Positions 63,113-64,000 of a DNA stretch of 64,000 bases are shown piece by piece. A model generated the notes under the pieces. The model was not told the DNA's origin. It made no database searches and worked only from the letters and a program-made list of their open reading frames with translations. Made by a program: the position numbers and the translations under genes. The stretch is from Candidatus Dadabacteria bacterium (GTDB lineage Bacteria; Desulfobacterota_D; UBA1144; Nemesobacterales; Nemesobacteraceae), in contig RKRQ01000065.1 of assembly GCA_007571325.1 (NCBI GenBank), positions 7,972 through 71,971 of the forward strand, read 5' to 3'. Every line of letters starts with the position of its first letter. The stretch's first letter is position 1.

Positions 63113-63537
63113 CAAGAAAAGAGCAAGTGCTTCTTACCAGAGTATTTAAATTCTCTGCAAGTCACAGGCTTTTCATTGAAGGTCTATCTGATGAAGAAAA
63201 CCTTGCCGTATTTGATAAATGCGCAAATCCCGCGGGGCACGGACACGATTATTCAGTCGAAGTGACAATAAGGGGGGAAATAGACAACGAGACCGGCATG
63301 GTTATAAACCGTATTGATTTTGAAAGACAGGCAATTCCCATAATTGAGGAACTTAATTATAAGTGGATAGACAGAGATATTCCTTTCTTTGAAAACAACA
63401 TATCAACTGTTGAAAACATTGGGAAATACCTGTGGCGGAAATTTTCAGAACTCATTCCGGACAAGCTTGATCATATAAGAATATGGGAGAATCAGAAAAG
63501 TTATTTTGAATATTTTGAGAAAAAGCATCATGGATAA
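63106..63537 (+). CDS. 6-pyruvoyl-tetrahydropterin synthase family protein, paralog B (Cys-x5-HGH retained, Asp-His dyad absent)
   Basis: Segment FSASHRLFIEGLSDEENLAVFDKCANPAGHGHDY is very close to human PTPS (FSASHRL...[22 protein letters not shown]). Overlaps paralog A by 7 nt. Confidence 0.8.
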   Translation: MLTRKEQVLLTRVFKFSASHRLFIEGLSDEENLAVFDKCANPAGHGHDYSVEVTIRGEIDNETGMVINRIDFERQAIPIIEELNYKWIDRDIPFFENNISTVENIGKYLWRKFSELIPDKLDHIRIWENQKSYFEYFEKKHHG

Positions 63538-64000
63538 AAAAATCGCAATAGTAACCGGGGCAACGAGAGGTATAGGAAAAGCAATAGCGGTTGAGTTGCT
63601 CAAAGCAGGGTTTTTTACAGTGCTTTGTTCAAAAACCCTCAAGTCAGCGGCTTCTCTCGAAAATGAAATATTATCTTTTTCGGGAAGTTTCATGATTTTC
63701 CCTCTTGATGTTTCGGTTGAACAAGAAGTAAGAAAGCTCATTTCAAGCATTGCGCAGAAAACAAAAAGAATTGATGTGCTAATCAATAACGCGGGTGTTG
63801 TTTTTACCGGTCCTATAGAAGAAACCGAAACTGAGCAATGGGATGAAATAATGGCAGTAAACGCAAAAGGAACCTTTCTTATGGTAAAGCATTCGCTTCC
63901 TCTTATGCTCAGAGGAAGCCAGATCGTAAATATTGGTTCAAACGCTTCAAAGAAAGGCTTCCCCTCATGGGCAGCGTACTGCGCTTCAAAATTCGCCGTT
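63530..64000 (+). CDS. Short-chain dehydrogenase/reductase (5' part; gene continues beyond window), possible sepiapterin-reductase-like
   Basis: TGATRGIGKAIA Rossmann motif. NNAG. YxxxK (YCASK). Overlaps the PTPS-B stop. Confidence 0.75.
   Translation, partial: MDKKIAIVTGATRGIGKAIAVELLKAGFFTVLCSKTLKSAASLENEILSFSGSFMIFPLDVSVEQEVRKLISSIAQKTKRIDVLINNAGVVFTGPIEETETEQWDEIMAVNAKGTFLMVKHSLPLMLRGSQIVNIGSNASKKGFPSWAAYCASKFAV

Noticed and set aside
1-64000. CRISPR arrays, IS elements, integrases, phage genes, retron or DGR components
   Set aside because: No spaced direct-repeat arrays, transposase or integrase-like ORFs, reverse-transcriptase motifs or long non-coding stretches. All intergenic gaps are 450 bp or shorter and are explained by promoters, terminators or tRNAs.

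Overview
This is a gene-dense bacterial chromosomal window of moderate-to-low GC (~40% by eye), and it is almost entirely housekeeping. I did not find a compact, convincing novel multi-gene system such as a defence island, CRISPR array, prophage, IS element, integrase or retron; the window reads as core chromosome throughout. The most interesting structure is a co-directional + strand cluster at 58.3-64.0 kb, described below.

In order along the window:
- the 3' part of rpoC (NADFDGD motif), then valS;
- a minus-strand run of purF, purL, an acyl-CoA ligase, a HAD hydrolase, CbiX and an M20 peptidase;
- pepA, ilvE, a stand-alone receiver domain, lipB and lpdA;
- an hrcA-grpE-dnaJ heat-shock operon that lacks dnaK and has no recognisable CIRCE operator;
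- a ThrC-like PLP enzyme next to a MoaD/ThiS-type sulfur-carrier protein that ends in GG, followed by an MBL-fold hydrolase and metH;
- HU/IHF, def, an aminotransferase, tpiA-secG, a 7Fe ferredoxin, nth, tandem paralogous alpha/beta hydrolases and pckA;
- two paralogous MFS transporter genes bracketing a minus-strand tRNA-Lys(TTT)/tRNA-Glu(TTC) pair in an AT-rich stretch, the second MFS gene heading an operon with trmI-rsmG-mtnP-pfkB;
- a DUF1844 protein, a CbpA-like J-protein, Mrp/ApbC and a DUF59 protein; then ispG, proS, clpB, an SCP-x-type thiolase, a nitroreductase-fold protein with a C-terminal extension plus an RHH peptide, and hflX.

The 58.3-64.0 kb cluster is hypothetical - radical SAM (CX4CX2C cluster motif) - F420/flavin-type LLM oxidoreductase | terminator | orphan nuoM - two tandem 6-pyruvoyl-tetrahydropterin synthase (PTPS) paralogs - SDR. 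The two PTPS paralogs carry complementary losses of catalytic residues: paralog A has Cys to Ser but keeps the Asp-His dyad, and paralog B keeps Cys but lacks the Asp-His dyad. This suggests an obligate heteromeric pterin-forming enzyme, encoded in an operon with a NuoM-like membrane subunit. Weaker leads are the ThrC/sulfur-carrier pair near metH, the thiolase/extended-nitroreductase/RHH locus, the duplicated MFS genes around the tRNAs, and the tandem alpha/beta hydrolases.
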